IMG/VR virus record: IMGVR_UViG_3300032281_000200
Location: 1 to 29,256 of that record
DNA: 29,256 bases
Direction: 5' to 3' (one strand)
From: a virus
Taxonomy: Duplodnaviria; Caudoviricetes
Shown: one piece after another, positions 7,389 through 17,000 of the stretch
Position numbering within the stretch: position 1 is the first letter of the stretch
Layout: each line of letters begins with the position of its first letter
Made by a program: the position numbers and the translations under genes
The notes under the pieces: generated by a model
What the model was told of the DNA's origin: nothing
Seen by the model: the letters and a program-made list of their open reading frames with translations, nothing else
The model's database searches: none

Positions 7389-8521
7389 TACTGAACATCC
7401 ATTGCAAATCTAAACTCAATATAGTTTGTAGTGTTTGCTAATTTTACAATAGGCTCAGCGTTAGTATTTTTAATAACCGAATAACCAGTCATTCCATATA
7501 ATGGATTTGCAGAACTATTATTTTCTAATCTAATAGCATCTAGGCATACATAAAAGTTTTCCGATACTGCAGAGTTGTCAGTAACGCATGTAAATATTTT
7601 GACAACATCTACTTGGCTCCAAGTAAAGCCAGTGCTCTTGTACAGTTCTTGAAGTTGCTTAGTTGCAACAACATATCTGTTATTAATAAAGTCATGCTGT
7701 CCTACTCCAGTCCCATTATTAAGATTGACCTGGAACCTTGCCCACTCTCCAGTATTGTGAATATCTGATGATGCAAATTCAACTAGGATCTTAACATTAT
7801 CTGGTACGGCGTCTGACTCTCCATTTTTATTAATAACAGTAAATGCTAACTTGATCTCATCTGTTGGAGCATTTCTGTTAAAATCTAGATTTGCTCCAGT
7901 TAAGTGTATATGTTCTGATACAGGATTTACAACTAGGTTGTTATTATTGTCTGCAGTTAAAGTTGAAACGTCTCCTCTTGATACGACGATGTTATTAAAG
8001 AATCTACATCTTTCGTATCTTAGTCTTCGCTCTTCATTAGTAAAAATTCTATTATCTGCATTTGTTTGAAAAACCTTTTGTGTTCTATTTATTATGTTGT
8101 TTTCTAAATCTCCATCCAAAGGCTCATATATAACAGGTATAGATGTGGCAGCAGTAGAGGTGTGATATTCCCAGTTTTCATCCTGTGTAAATGCATATAT
8201 TGACTTACTGTCATATGCTCCTGCAGATGTGTTTGATCCCGCTGAAAATACAGCAACCTCAGTTATCTCATATCTTTCTTCACTGGGAAGTTCTGCTGTT
8301 AATACGAGTTTTGTTATGTTGTCTTCTGATACATATCCACGAGATATGATTGGTGCACGGAACATCTCAAAATTAAGTCTTTCCTTATTGGAATAGTCTC
8401 CAAGAGTTCCATCGGAATTTAATGGCTTTGCTCCACAGCCAAGAGCGATGTATGAAGCGTAGGCTGGCGCTTGCCCCAATAAGTATTTTGCTAAAATATT
8501 TTTTCCAGTATTAGTAATCAT
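7388..8521 (-). CDS. Minor tail protein, collar-like fold with an inserted beta domain
   Basis: MITNTG...IALGCG...L.FEMFR...TAEL...ITEVAVFS at the N-terminus and IVK...IEFRF at the C-terminus resemble tail collar/fibre-anchor proteins; ATGA overlap upstream. Confidence 0.55.
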   Translation of the reverse strand: MITNTGKNILAKYLLGQAPAYASYIALGCGAKPLNSDGTLGDYSNKERLNFEMFRAPIISRGYVSEDNITKLVLTAELPSEERYEITEVAVFSAGSNTSAGAYDSKSIYAFTQDENWEYHTSTAATSIPVIYEPLDGDLENNIINRTQKVFQTNADNRIFTNEERRLRYERCRFFNNIVVSRGDVSTLTADNNNNLVVNPVSEHIHLTGANLDFNRNAPTDEIKLAFTVINKNGESDAVPDNVKILVEFASSDIHNTGEWARFQVNLNNGTGVGQHDFINNRYVVATKQLQELYKSTGFTWSQVDVVKIFTCVTDNSAVSENFYVCLDAIRLENNSSANPLYGMTGYSVIKNTNAEPIVKLANTTNYIEFRFAMDVQ

Positions 8522-9009
8522 TGTTCCACCCCATATATTGTATCATTATAAAATGATCCAGAATTAAGTATCTGAACCTCTACTTGTTCGTCTTCGTCTA
8601 GATTAATGACATTTATTATTAGATTTCCAGTTTCTTCTTCTATGTATACCGTCTCACCGTTAGGTCCTGTCCCAACAGATGGTATTTTTTTATCAAAGAT
8701 TATTGGAAATTTCTTAAAATAACTTTCTGATGTATCTTGTAGTGACATTATATTTTGTGGATTATACTGATAATTTAAACTTGTTAGGTTTTTTATTGGC
8801 TGGTATATAACGCTTTGACCATTAATAATATCTGATCTTGATATATTGATTATTTCCTGGCCCCCGATATCCTCAAAAATTAGATCTGTCATAACCTCAA
8901 TTGGCATAGACTCATCGGTTATGAGTATGATGTCTTTTGATGCTGCCAGGACGCCAGTGGATGCCGATGAAGGGGTTGAGGCTGGTAGGTTTGGTAATGC
9001 GTCAACCAT
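8518..9009 (-). CDS. Minor tail protein (163 aa; start revised to ATG 9009)
   Basis: GAGG-tt-TAA-t-ATG directly after the hub gene stop; acidic, Ile-rich protein within the tail-tip block. Confidence 0.7.
   Translation of the reverse strand: MVDALPNLPASTPSSASTGVLAASKDIILITDESMPIEVMTDLIFEDIGGQEIINISRSDIINGQSVIYQPIKNLTSLNYQYNPQNIMSLQDTSESYFKKFPIIFDKKIPSVGTGPNGETVYIEEETGNLIINVINLDEDEQVEVQILNSGSFYNDTIYGVEQ
8537..8550 (-). promoter_or_regulatory. Putative tandem -10/extended -10 element TATAAT-GA-TACAAT
   Basis: TTATAATGATACAAT-atatGGGGTGgaaca-ATG(8521); matches the element at 28292-28306 at 14 of 15 positions. It lies inside the 3' end of the upstream CDS. Confidence 0.45.
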
Positions 9010-9010
9010 A

Positions 9011-12000
9011 TTAAACCTCACTCAAATAAACAGTCATATCTGGCCCCTCTGAACTTTTAGCATAACTTATATTATATACTACAAATCGATCTTTAGGGTT
9101 TGATACTTGGTTAACACCAAGACTGTCTGTGTAGTCAACAGTAACAATATCTCCAAGTTGAAGTGTTGGAATAGCAAATATTTTTAAGCCAATAGACCTT
9201 CTAGGCTTAACTACCTTGTTTACAATCCACTCCATTAAACTGTTTGCGTCGTCTTGAGTTTGTATGTATGGTGTTTCTAAAGAAAAATCTTTTTTGCCAT
9301 ATGTCATTCTACTAACCTTGATGTCTTTAAAATCATTGTCGTATTTTATTGGTGATTTGATTAGGTTTGAGCCAGATATATTTGGATTAGAGAAGTCACT
9401 GTTTTTATTAAAGAACTCATCCATAGTTAACTGATGCTGAGACTCTTGAGTGAAAGTTACTCCCTGAATTCTTAAGTAGTTTCCAGTTGTTTCATCTAGG
9501 CTAAGGGCTGTGTCTGTAGCATTAAATATTAAAAACTCTGCACCATAAGAGCCTGCTCTAAATCCAGACACTGTGTACCCTTTAATTCTATTAAAGGTTG
9601 GTGATAATTTTGCATAAAGTGCTGGATAAGCCTTGTCATATCTTACATTAAAATATGCTGCTTCTCTCATAATTGATCCAAACTCTTCAAAGTACATATT
9701 GTATGCTGGTGGTTCTGACGGACTTATTCCTGAAAGATATGTTGACTGGACTATTCCACTCATTGCGTACTTCCTAAATGACTCATTGGCATCAATCTCT
9801 TGATCATCTACAGCAGACATCACTGGTGTATCTGATGCAAAGGTGGTGTTTTGGGTATAGTTGTTTGTAAGTGCATATAGGTTTTCAAACATACACCTTG
9901 CAGAGCCTCTAACAAACATTGCCATATTGTTATAAACTGGAAGCGGTTCTTTGTCATCAACTGTTGCAACTAGTCTGTTATTTATGTAAAGGAAAAATCT
10001 TCTTATGTTTCCAACATTTTGATACTCTACAGCCAAATCATAAACAGTTGGATTTTCTTCTCCAACCATTCTTGATTGACCAGTAAACTTACCATCATCA
10101 ACAATAATATTTGTTAGTCCGCCCCAGATTTTGACTGGTATAGCCTTAGATGTTGCTGAGTCTCTCATTACTTTATAAAAAAGAACATTGTCTAAGTTTT
10201 GTGCTGAGTCGCTATAACTATTAATATTGTTTTCGGTTAAAGCCAAAATTTCAAAATAGTAACCAACGTTTGTTTCTGGATTAAGCATTACTGCAAGGCC
10301 ACCAGATCCTGCACTAATATTAATGTTTTGATCTGGAGAGTTACCAGTTACAACAAAGTAAGTATCACTTCCAATAGGAGTTTGCCCACGGTTTGTGTTG
10401 TTTTCAATTTTTCCAACAATTCTCATTCTTGTTCCAAAATGTTTATACTTGTTGGTTAACTTTTTGTGTACGTAAGATACAAAGTCAATACCCTTGTCAG
10501 TAGTAGTAAAGGATGGGCCATTAAGAATAAACGCAGATGACTGTATTGTTCCACTTTGTGTTGTTAGTAGTCTATTGATGTCTGTTTCTGTTCCATAGTA
10601 CTGTGAAAGAAAGTTTTTTATTATGCCCGTTCTAACCGTCTTTTGTGCTAATGTGTTGTTAACTCCCGCTGCTAGTGTGTCCAATGTTAATGACTCTGTT
10701 TGAGCATCAATAGATGTTGGGTCTGCAAGGCTAAACAGCAGTTCTGATCTCATGCTGCAGCCACGTACTGATTCGTTTGATGTCCAGTATGGGTTTAGTC
10801 CAGCAACATGCTCTACTACTGGAGTTCCAAACTGTCCTCTTCCGTGTTTTGATACTGCTCCATTTTTTAACTTAACAACACCACCAACTGTTTGGTAGTT
10901 AGGAACAGAATAAATTCTAACAAGCCCTGTTGGATATATTTTTCCGTTATGCCCTAGTTTTGAAAAATAGTTCTGATACTCAAGAACATCATTTATCCAA
11001 ACATTCCCATATCCAGTTACACTGTATTCAACTGCGTCGTATTTTATTATCTCTGAATTAGAATAAAAATATCCATTGTATCTTGAAAGCCAATAGACTC
11101 CTTCTCCAAGATCCATAGTGTTGTTTACTACTACATTATTTATAACTGAAGGAACAGAAGATGAAAGGCTAGAGTTCATTGGTATTGCACCAAGAACATA
11201 ACTTGACTGACTTTTTGCCTGATCATTAATTGATTTTGTATTTTGATCTCCCGCAACTTCCCAAAGAAGTGCTGGCTTGTATATCCAGGTTTTTTCTTTA
11301 TCAATTACGCTTGCTTGCTTAATAGAGCCATAAGTTTTTTGTATATATCTTGTTTTATAGTTAATGCTTCCATCATTAAAAATGTCGCTGTTTTGAGAGG
11401 ATATAGAGATAATATTTGAAAGTTTAGTTTTAGTTATTTTGTTTTCTACTATTCCATCGTCAACTGAGTCTTTTGATCCAGACAAAACAAAGTCTGTTGA
11501 TCTTTGACTTTCTTCAGGCAATATATAGTTTTTGCTCATCATTACAAAGTTGTTATACTCATCAAAGAACATAGCGGTCTGCGTTGAGACTGCTAGTTCA
11601 TTTAGTACCTGTGCTACCGTTTTGTCTGGTGGTATAAAGAAGTAAGGAATAATTGGATCTTTTTCTCCAACTGTTCTTTTAAATACATAATTAGAAAACC
11701 CAATAGAGTCTAATAGCATTGACACAGCAGATGTTAAGGATGCATTAGTTGCCAAAGTTTGTGGTGCGGTTAGTGATTCAAAATAAGAAAACATGTCTCT
11801 TAGTTTTAAAGATACTTGTCTGTTATCTGTGTTTGACTCTGGAAACCCTTCTGTGTACATTGTTTTCATTGGAACAAAATAGTCATAGCCGTCAACATTA
11901 ATAATAACTTCATACATTTTTATTTGTATATTTTTTGTTATATAATTTTTAATTATACTGTTTTCATTGTTTAGGTTAAATGCTTGATCATAATCAAAAA

Positions 12001-13330
12001 GTCTAAGACTTCCATTAGAAGCCAATAATTGACCAACAGGCAAACCAGAAATTCCAAGATCTGATGCTGTTTTTGTTATTGAAAAATCAGTTGTTTTTGT
12101 AGAAAGGTCTACTGCTAATCTTGGAGAAAGTTCAATAAGATCAAATACCGAGTCTGACCTTGTCATTGTGTCTACAACAATTCTAAGGCCATCTATATAA
12201 TCAAACTCTCTGTATGTATTTGATCCATCTGAAGAGTTGGTAAACTTTACTGGTGATGTTAGGTCCGTAACAAAGTTAGAAAGCCTATTTGTTTCTTCTT
12301 CAGAAAGATCCCAGCCGTATTTTGGAACAAATGTTTCATATTTATTCTCAAACCATATATGGTAAACGCCAATATCTGAGTCATTTGCTTTAATTAGATA
12401 AGCATATCCTTTTATATTCTTTGCTGGTAGAAAATCAACAGACGAGTACTCTTCTGCTTTGATGAACGAACTTCTATATCTCTCTGGTACTATTAGGCCA
12501 TATGATAGTTCAACATAGCCATCATTGGAAATTAGTGGGGTCCCGTCTTTTTTTGTAGATGCTGCTGTAAATGATTTTGCATCTATCCAATTATTATTTT
12601 TTAATACCTGAATCTTCCATTTTAATGGAGTTTTTTTATTAGAGTTGCCAAACAATGGATCAGCAAAAGATCCAGCAGAGTTAGAAAATGGACCAAGGTC
12701 TACTGATCCAATATGCGTTTGCATTTTTACAACAATTCTGTTTGATGGAATTGAATTTTCATAAACAATAAAAGGGGCTGTATCTTGTATATAGTTTTGA
12801 CCATTTATAACTTTGTTTGATATACCATATTCAGACCCACCTTCAGTTCTATAGGATGACCAATATTTAAAAGTGTCTCCTTTGTCTGGCATATAGTATC
12901 TTGGTCTATCACACATACTTGAGTTTGCGTGGTGTAGATATGACTTAGAGAAGTACTGAGCCTTGTTAATTCCAGATCTTGGTCTAAATTTACCAAAGCA
13001 TTCTTCTAAAGAATAAAAAAGTTTTACTTTTTCTTTTTTAGGAGTTAAAAACATTGGCTGATTTAAATCGTCTACTCCACCATCAATTTTAATATCGGCA
13101 TCCGTCGCACCGTAGTAAAACTTTACAGCAGTGTCTTCTGTTTCATTATTATCAAAACTATTAATCAAACTATAATAAACTGATTCTGGCTCTGCTGGTC
13201 TATATCTATAGTTGCCAATTTTTTTTATGTTGTTTGGAATGTTCATATTCCATTCAGCAATAACCGCAGACTGTGTTCTAATTACAGAAGAGGTTTCTAG
13301 ATGATTTTTTAATTCATCATTCTGGAACAT
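9011..13330 (-). CDS. Large tail-tip/baseplate hub protein (Tal/central-fibre-like) with inserted beta-sandwich domains
   Basis: 1439 aa, second gene after the tape measure; hub-like segments VAQVLNELAVSTQTAMFFDEYNNFV and LETPYIQTQDDA...PTLQLGDIVTV...VYNISY. Confidence 0.75.
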   Translation of the reverse strand: MFQNDELKNHLETSSVIRTQSAVIAEWNMNIPNNIKKIGNYRYRPAEPESVYYSLINSFDNNETEDTAVKFYYGATDADIKIDGGVDDLNQPMFLTPKKEKVKLFYSLEECFGKFRPRSGINKAQYFSKSYLHHANSSMCDRPRYYMPDKGDTFKYWSSYRTEGGSEYGISNKVINGQNYIQDTAPFIVYENSIPSNRIVVKMQTHIGSVDLGPFSNSAGSFADPLFGNSNKKTPLKWKIQVLKNNNWIDAKSFTAASTKKDGTPLISNDGYVELSYGLIVPERYRSSFIKAEEYSSVDFLPAKNIKGYAYLIKANDSDIGVYHIWFENKYETFVPKYGWDLSEEETNRLSNFVTDLTSPVKFTNSSDGSNTYREFDYIDGLRIVVDTMTRSDSVFDLIELSPRLAVDLSTKTTDFSITKTASDLGISGLPVGQLLASNGSLRLFDYDQAFNLNNENSIIKNYITKNIQIKMYEVIINVDGYDYFVPMKTMYTEGFPESNTDNRQVSLKLRDMFSYFESLTAPQTLATNASLTSAVSMLLDSIGFSNYVFKRTVGEKDPIIPYFFIPPDKTVAQVLNELAVSTQTAMFFDEYNNFVMMSKNYILPEESQRSTDFVLSGSKDSVDDGIVENKITKTKLSNIISISSQNSDIFNDGSINYKTRYIQKTYGSIKQASVIDKEKTWIYKPALLWEVAGDQNTKSINDQAKSQSSYVLGAIPMNSSLSSSVPSVINNVVVNNTMDLGEGVYWLSRYNGYFYSNSEIIKYDAVEYSVTGYGNVWINDVLEYQNYFSKLGHNGKIYPTGLVRIYSVPNYQTVGGVVKLKNGAVSKHGRGQFGTPVVEHVAGLNPYWTSNESVRGCSMRSELLFSLADPTSIDAQTESLTLDTLAAGVNNTLAQKTVRTGIIKNFLSQYYGTETDINRLLTTQSGTIQSSAFILNGPSFTTTDKGIDFVSYVHKKLTNKYKHFGTRMRIVGKIENNTNRGQTPIGSDTYFVVTGNSPDQNINISAGSGGLAVMLNPETNVGYYFEILALTENNINSYSDSAQNLDNVLFYKVMRDSATSKAIPVKIWGGLTNIIVDDGKFTGQSRMVGEENPTVYDLAVEYQNVGNIRRFFLYINNRLVATVDDKEPLPVYNNMAMFVRGSARCMFENLYALTNNYTQNTTFASDTPVMSAVDDQEIDANESFRKYAMSGIVQSTYLSGISPSEPPAYNMYFEEFGSIMREAAYFNVRYDKAYPALYAKLSPTFNRIKGYTVSGFRAGSYGAEFLIFNATDTALSLDETTGNYLRIQGVTFTQESQHQLTMDEFFNKNSDFSNPNISGSNLIKSPIKYDNDFKDIKVSRMTYGKKDFSLETPYIQTQDDANSLMEWIVNKVVKPRRSIGLKIFAIPTLQLGDIVTVDYTDSLGVNQVSNPKDRFVVYNISYAKSSEGPDMTVYLSEV

Positions 13331-13331
13331 T

Positions 13332-14003
13332 CTATGCCTCTTCCAGGGTTACTGATATATTCCAAAAGTCATAATTAGAATTTCCACGTTTTACAACTGT
13401 GTACTGAAATGAAGATAAGAACATTTCAATAACTTGATTGTACTGCCCTAGGTGTCCGTAGGCTGCATCATCTTTACCAAAATTAGAATGCTTGTCGTAT
13501 GAAAGGTATACCCAGAAAGATCCCTGGTGATTCTCATACCAGTCAAGCATATCAACTCCGCCTGCTCCTCCGTCTGTTGTATATTGCATATCAACAGATG
13601 ACGGTTTGCCAGAGTAACCAGTGTAATCTGATTTTCCAGTTACAGAATTAAAGTCTGGAGATAGTGCGAATGCTCTAGATGGAAGCATGTTCCAGTTAGT
13701 TGAAATTTTTAACTTATCAGCCACATGATAAGATCTCATTCTTCCATTAATCATTCTTTCACGCTTTTCAATTCTGTTTGTATCAATAGATATTTCTCCT
13801 CTATTGTCATCTGATAAGATTAAGAATTGATCCAACAATGACTGATCAACTGCCGTTGCAGGCTGGGCTCCCACCTCGTATCCGTTAGGCAAATAAAGGC
13901 TATTTGATAAGGTGCCAGAATTCTCTGACCAGAGCATTGCTTGTGGTCTTCCATACTTTTTTCTTCCTGCCATATACTGTGCAGCCGTTGGGTTAGTAGC
14001 CAT
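13332..14003 (-). CDS. Distal tail protein (Dit-like)
   Basis: 223 aa immediately after the tape measure (TAATG overlap, RBS AGAGGT); RERMINGRMRSYHVADKLKISTNWNML...WNISVTLEE resembles tube-fold distal tail proteins. Confidence 0.65.
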   Translation of the reverse strand: MATNPTAAQYMAGRKKYGRPQAMLWSENSGTLSNSLYLPNGYEVGAQPATAVDQSLLDQFLILSDDNRGEISIDTNRIEKRERMINGRMRSYHVADKLKISTNWNMLPSRAFALSPDFNSVTGKSDYTGYSGKPSSVDMQYTTDGGAGGVDMLDWYENHQGSFWVYLSYDKHSNFGKDDAAYGHLGQYNQVIEMFLSSFQYTVVKRGNSNYDFWNISVTLEEA

Positions 14004-17000
14004 TATAAGTTATTACCTCTTAATTTCATAGAATCGATTTGTCTAATCTTAGACATTACTGTATTTGCTATTTCGTTTGCATTTGCATCAGACCTAACAT
14101 TTACTGTCAAATCATAATTATACACTGATCCAAGTTTCTGAGATCCACTATTTATGCCCTTCATTGTTTCAGTTCCATAACTATCGACAGCATACTTGCT
14201 CATTACAAATTCTCCAGGGCTTAGCATTGCTGGAACTGTATCTCGTCCTACAGAGAAACCACCTGCCAAGAATTTAGTTGGGTCAATCAAACCACCCTTT
14301 GCAAGTTTGGTTGGACGACCTCCTGGATACTTTGCAGTAATTCTATTCATTGCTGCACTTGCTAGGCCATGATCTCCATCGGCACGGAGTCTTGCTACTC
14401 CTGCCATTAAAGAGTCATAATCTGCTTGCTTGGCTGCTAGGTCTCGCTCTGCTTTTTCTGCTGCTGCCTTTGAAGTTGCTAGTAGTGCTGCTGCTCGCAG
14501 ATTTATTTCTGATGCTGAGTCTGTGCTGCCTTTTGTATCTTCTCCAGCATATCCTTTAACCCAACCATTGGTATCGCTCCAGCCATAATCTCCTACAGGC
14601 TTGGTTGGCTTCTTCCATCCACCCTTGCCGTCAGAAATCCATGCTTTGCCTGGTGACTTTGTTGTTGTGTCTGTCTTTCCTGCATTTGGATCTGTCTTTC
14701 CTGCATTTGGATCTGGACTACCTGCATTTGGATCTGGCAAACCAAGTGCAGTACCATATGTAGTAACTATGTGTTGAGTAATAGTTATAGACTTATCTTT
14801 AATTGCATCGTAGGATGACTTAATGGAATCCCATGCACCCTTTACTGCTCCAGAAACTGAATTAATACCAGCAAGGGCTAAAGCAAGATCTCCCTTTGCA
14901 AGTTTTTCTGCAGCCTGTGCAGCCTTTAATGTAAGATCCCACTCTGCTCTAGTCTGTCCTTGAATAATTCTATTTCTGTCATTTGCAGTAATTTGTGCTG
15001 CTAACAAATCGCTTTGTGATTGCAGTGGAAGAATCTTGTCTTGAATTGCTTTGAGTGCATTCTGTTCATCTAGTAGTGTACCAAAAGTAAGTTTTGCAAT
15101 TGCATCTGTCTTAACTTGAATTGCATCAAGTGCTACTTGTCTAGACTGTTCTAGAGTGTAGATAGAGTCTTGTATTGCAAGAATTTCTTTATCTACCGCT
15201 GCCTTTTTGAGTTCTAGGTCGTAAACTTTTTGACTAATGTCCCACTGCTCTTTTTCAATTTCTTTCTGAGTCTTTCCGCTTACTCCACCACGAAGATTAC
15301 CAACTTCATTTTCTCTTGATTTTTGTAAAGCATCTTGTGCACTGGTTGCATAGTTTGCTGCATTAGATGCTCGCATATCTTGAACTGCTTTTGCTGCTGC
15401 TGAAATATCTCCTTGGGAAAGAGCATCTGCCAAACCAAGTTGCTGCTGCTGTTGACTAATAATTTGCTGATTGATTTCTGCAACTTTTGTAAGAGCCTCT
15501 TGCTGTTTATCATATTTCTCATTGATTGCTTCAGCAGCCTTATTCATAACATCTAAGTCATGGGATAGTACCGAAGATCTTTCTTGTAATGCTTGAATTG
15601 GTCTAGTAAAGTTAATTTCTGCTTTTCTTGTTAAATTCTCTATCTCTCTTTGCTTCTTTTCAATTGGTCTAGTAAAGTCTGTTTCAATTTTTCTTTGATC
15701 TGCATCAACATCCTTTTGCATATCATCAATCTTAGATTGAGTTAGGTTAATAGCATTCTGTGCAATCTTAGATTGATTTCCTAGGTCTTCCATCATAACT
15801 TGAAGACCAGCAAATGTATTACCCTGAGAATTTGTTAGTGTGTTTTCGTCAATCATCTTGTAGGCATCAAACATTTCTGCTGCAGCGGTTGCTGCATTAA
15901 TTATCTTTTCTTCTCTTGTTTGAGTAAATACAATTTCAATAATTTTTCTTTCTGGTATGTCTTGGATCTGTGAAAGCAAATGATTAAATTCATCTTGAGC
16001 ATCTTTTGCAAGAGTAGCAAAGTTGTCCATACCGTTAATCAATGTATCTAGCATTGCTGGGTCAGAGATTGCTGCACGAATTGCTTCTGCGCTCATTCCA
16101 CCATCCTGCATCATCTTTACAACTTCTGGAATTCTCTTTTGATTATCTGTAGTCTTCTGCAAATCTTTTTGTCCAGCAACGGCTCCATTAATTTGATTTC
16201 TAATTCTTGCTTGCTTTGTTAGCGCAGCATTTGTCTTTAGTTCCGCTTCTGTTACTTTACCTGTAGCAATAAGAGTTTTGTAGTTTTCATCTGCAAGCAT
16301 TGTCTGAATATCTAGTTCATCATATCCTAGTGCAAGTAGTTTTCCTCTTGCTGCAATTTCTTGCTTTGCTAATGTTACAGACTGAAGTTGTGCTTTATTG
16401 TAGTCTCCAATAATAGCCTTCTTGTATCCCTGCTCCATGTCTCTACCCTTTTGGGTAAGAACAGTGTCTCCTGCTTTAAACTTCTGATATTTGGTAACCA
16501 TTTTTCCAGTTTCAGGATCTACCTGCTGGTATTTTTGCTTACCCTTTTTCTTTTTTACATCTGCAGCGGTTGCTGTATAAGCAAACTTCTTTAAGTCTTT
16601 TGTATCAAGTCCAGCAAGATAATCTGTAAACTGACTGGTCTGACCCATCTGTATTAACTGTTGTTCAAGACCCTTAAACTTGTTTGCAATAGCCTTACTT
16701 CCAGTTGCTGCAATAGCCCTTTGAAGTTCTTTAAACCCGCCTGCAGCATCAAGTGCAGAGTTACGAACATTGCGGAGTCGCTTCATTAGTTCGTCATAGG
16801 TAGTATCTCTTTCTGTTTTAGTACCAGAGCCATCATCATCACCAGTCTTAACATCAATTCCTGTAGGAATATCGATAGGCAAGTTTGTAATCGCTCTATC
16901 TTTGGCACTTTGTGATTTGTAATCGCTTAAAAGTTTTAGCCTTGCATCTTTGTATGCCTGAGTAGTGTCATCTAAAAGTCTTAAGTCTGCTCTTGTATAC

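Noticed and set aside
14670-14737. CRISPR-like or DGR-like interpretation of the 21-bp repeat
   Set aside because: The copies are directly adjacent with no spacers, are in frame within the TMP, and no cas or reverse transcriptase gene is present.
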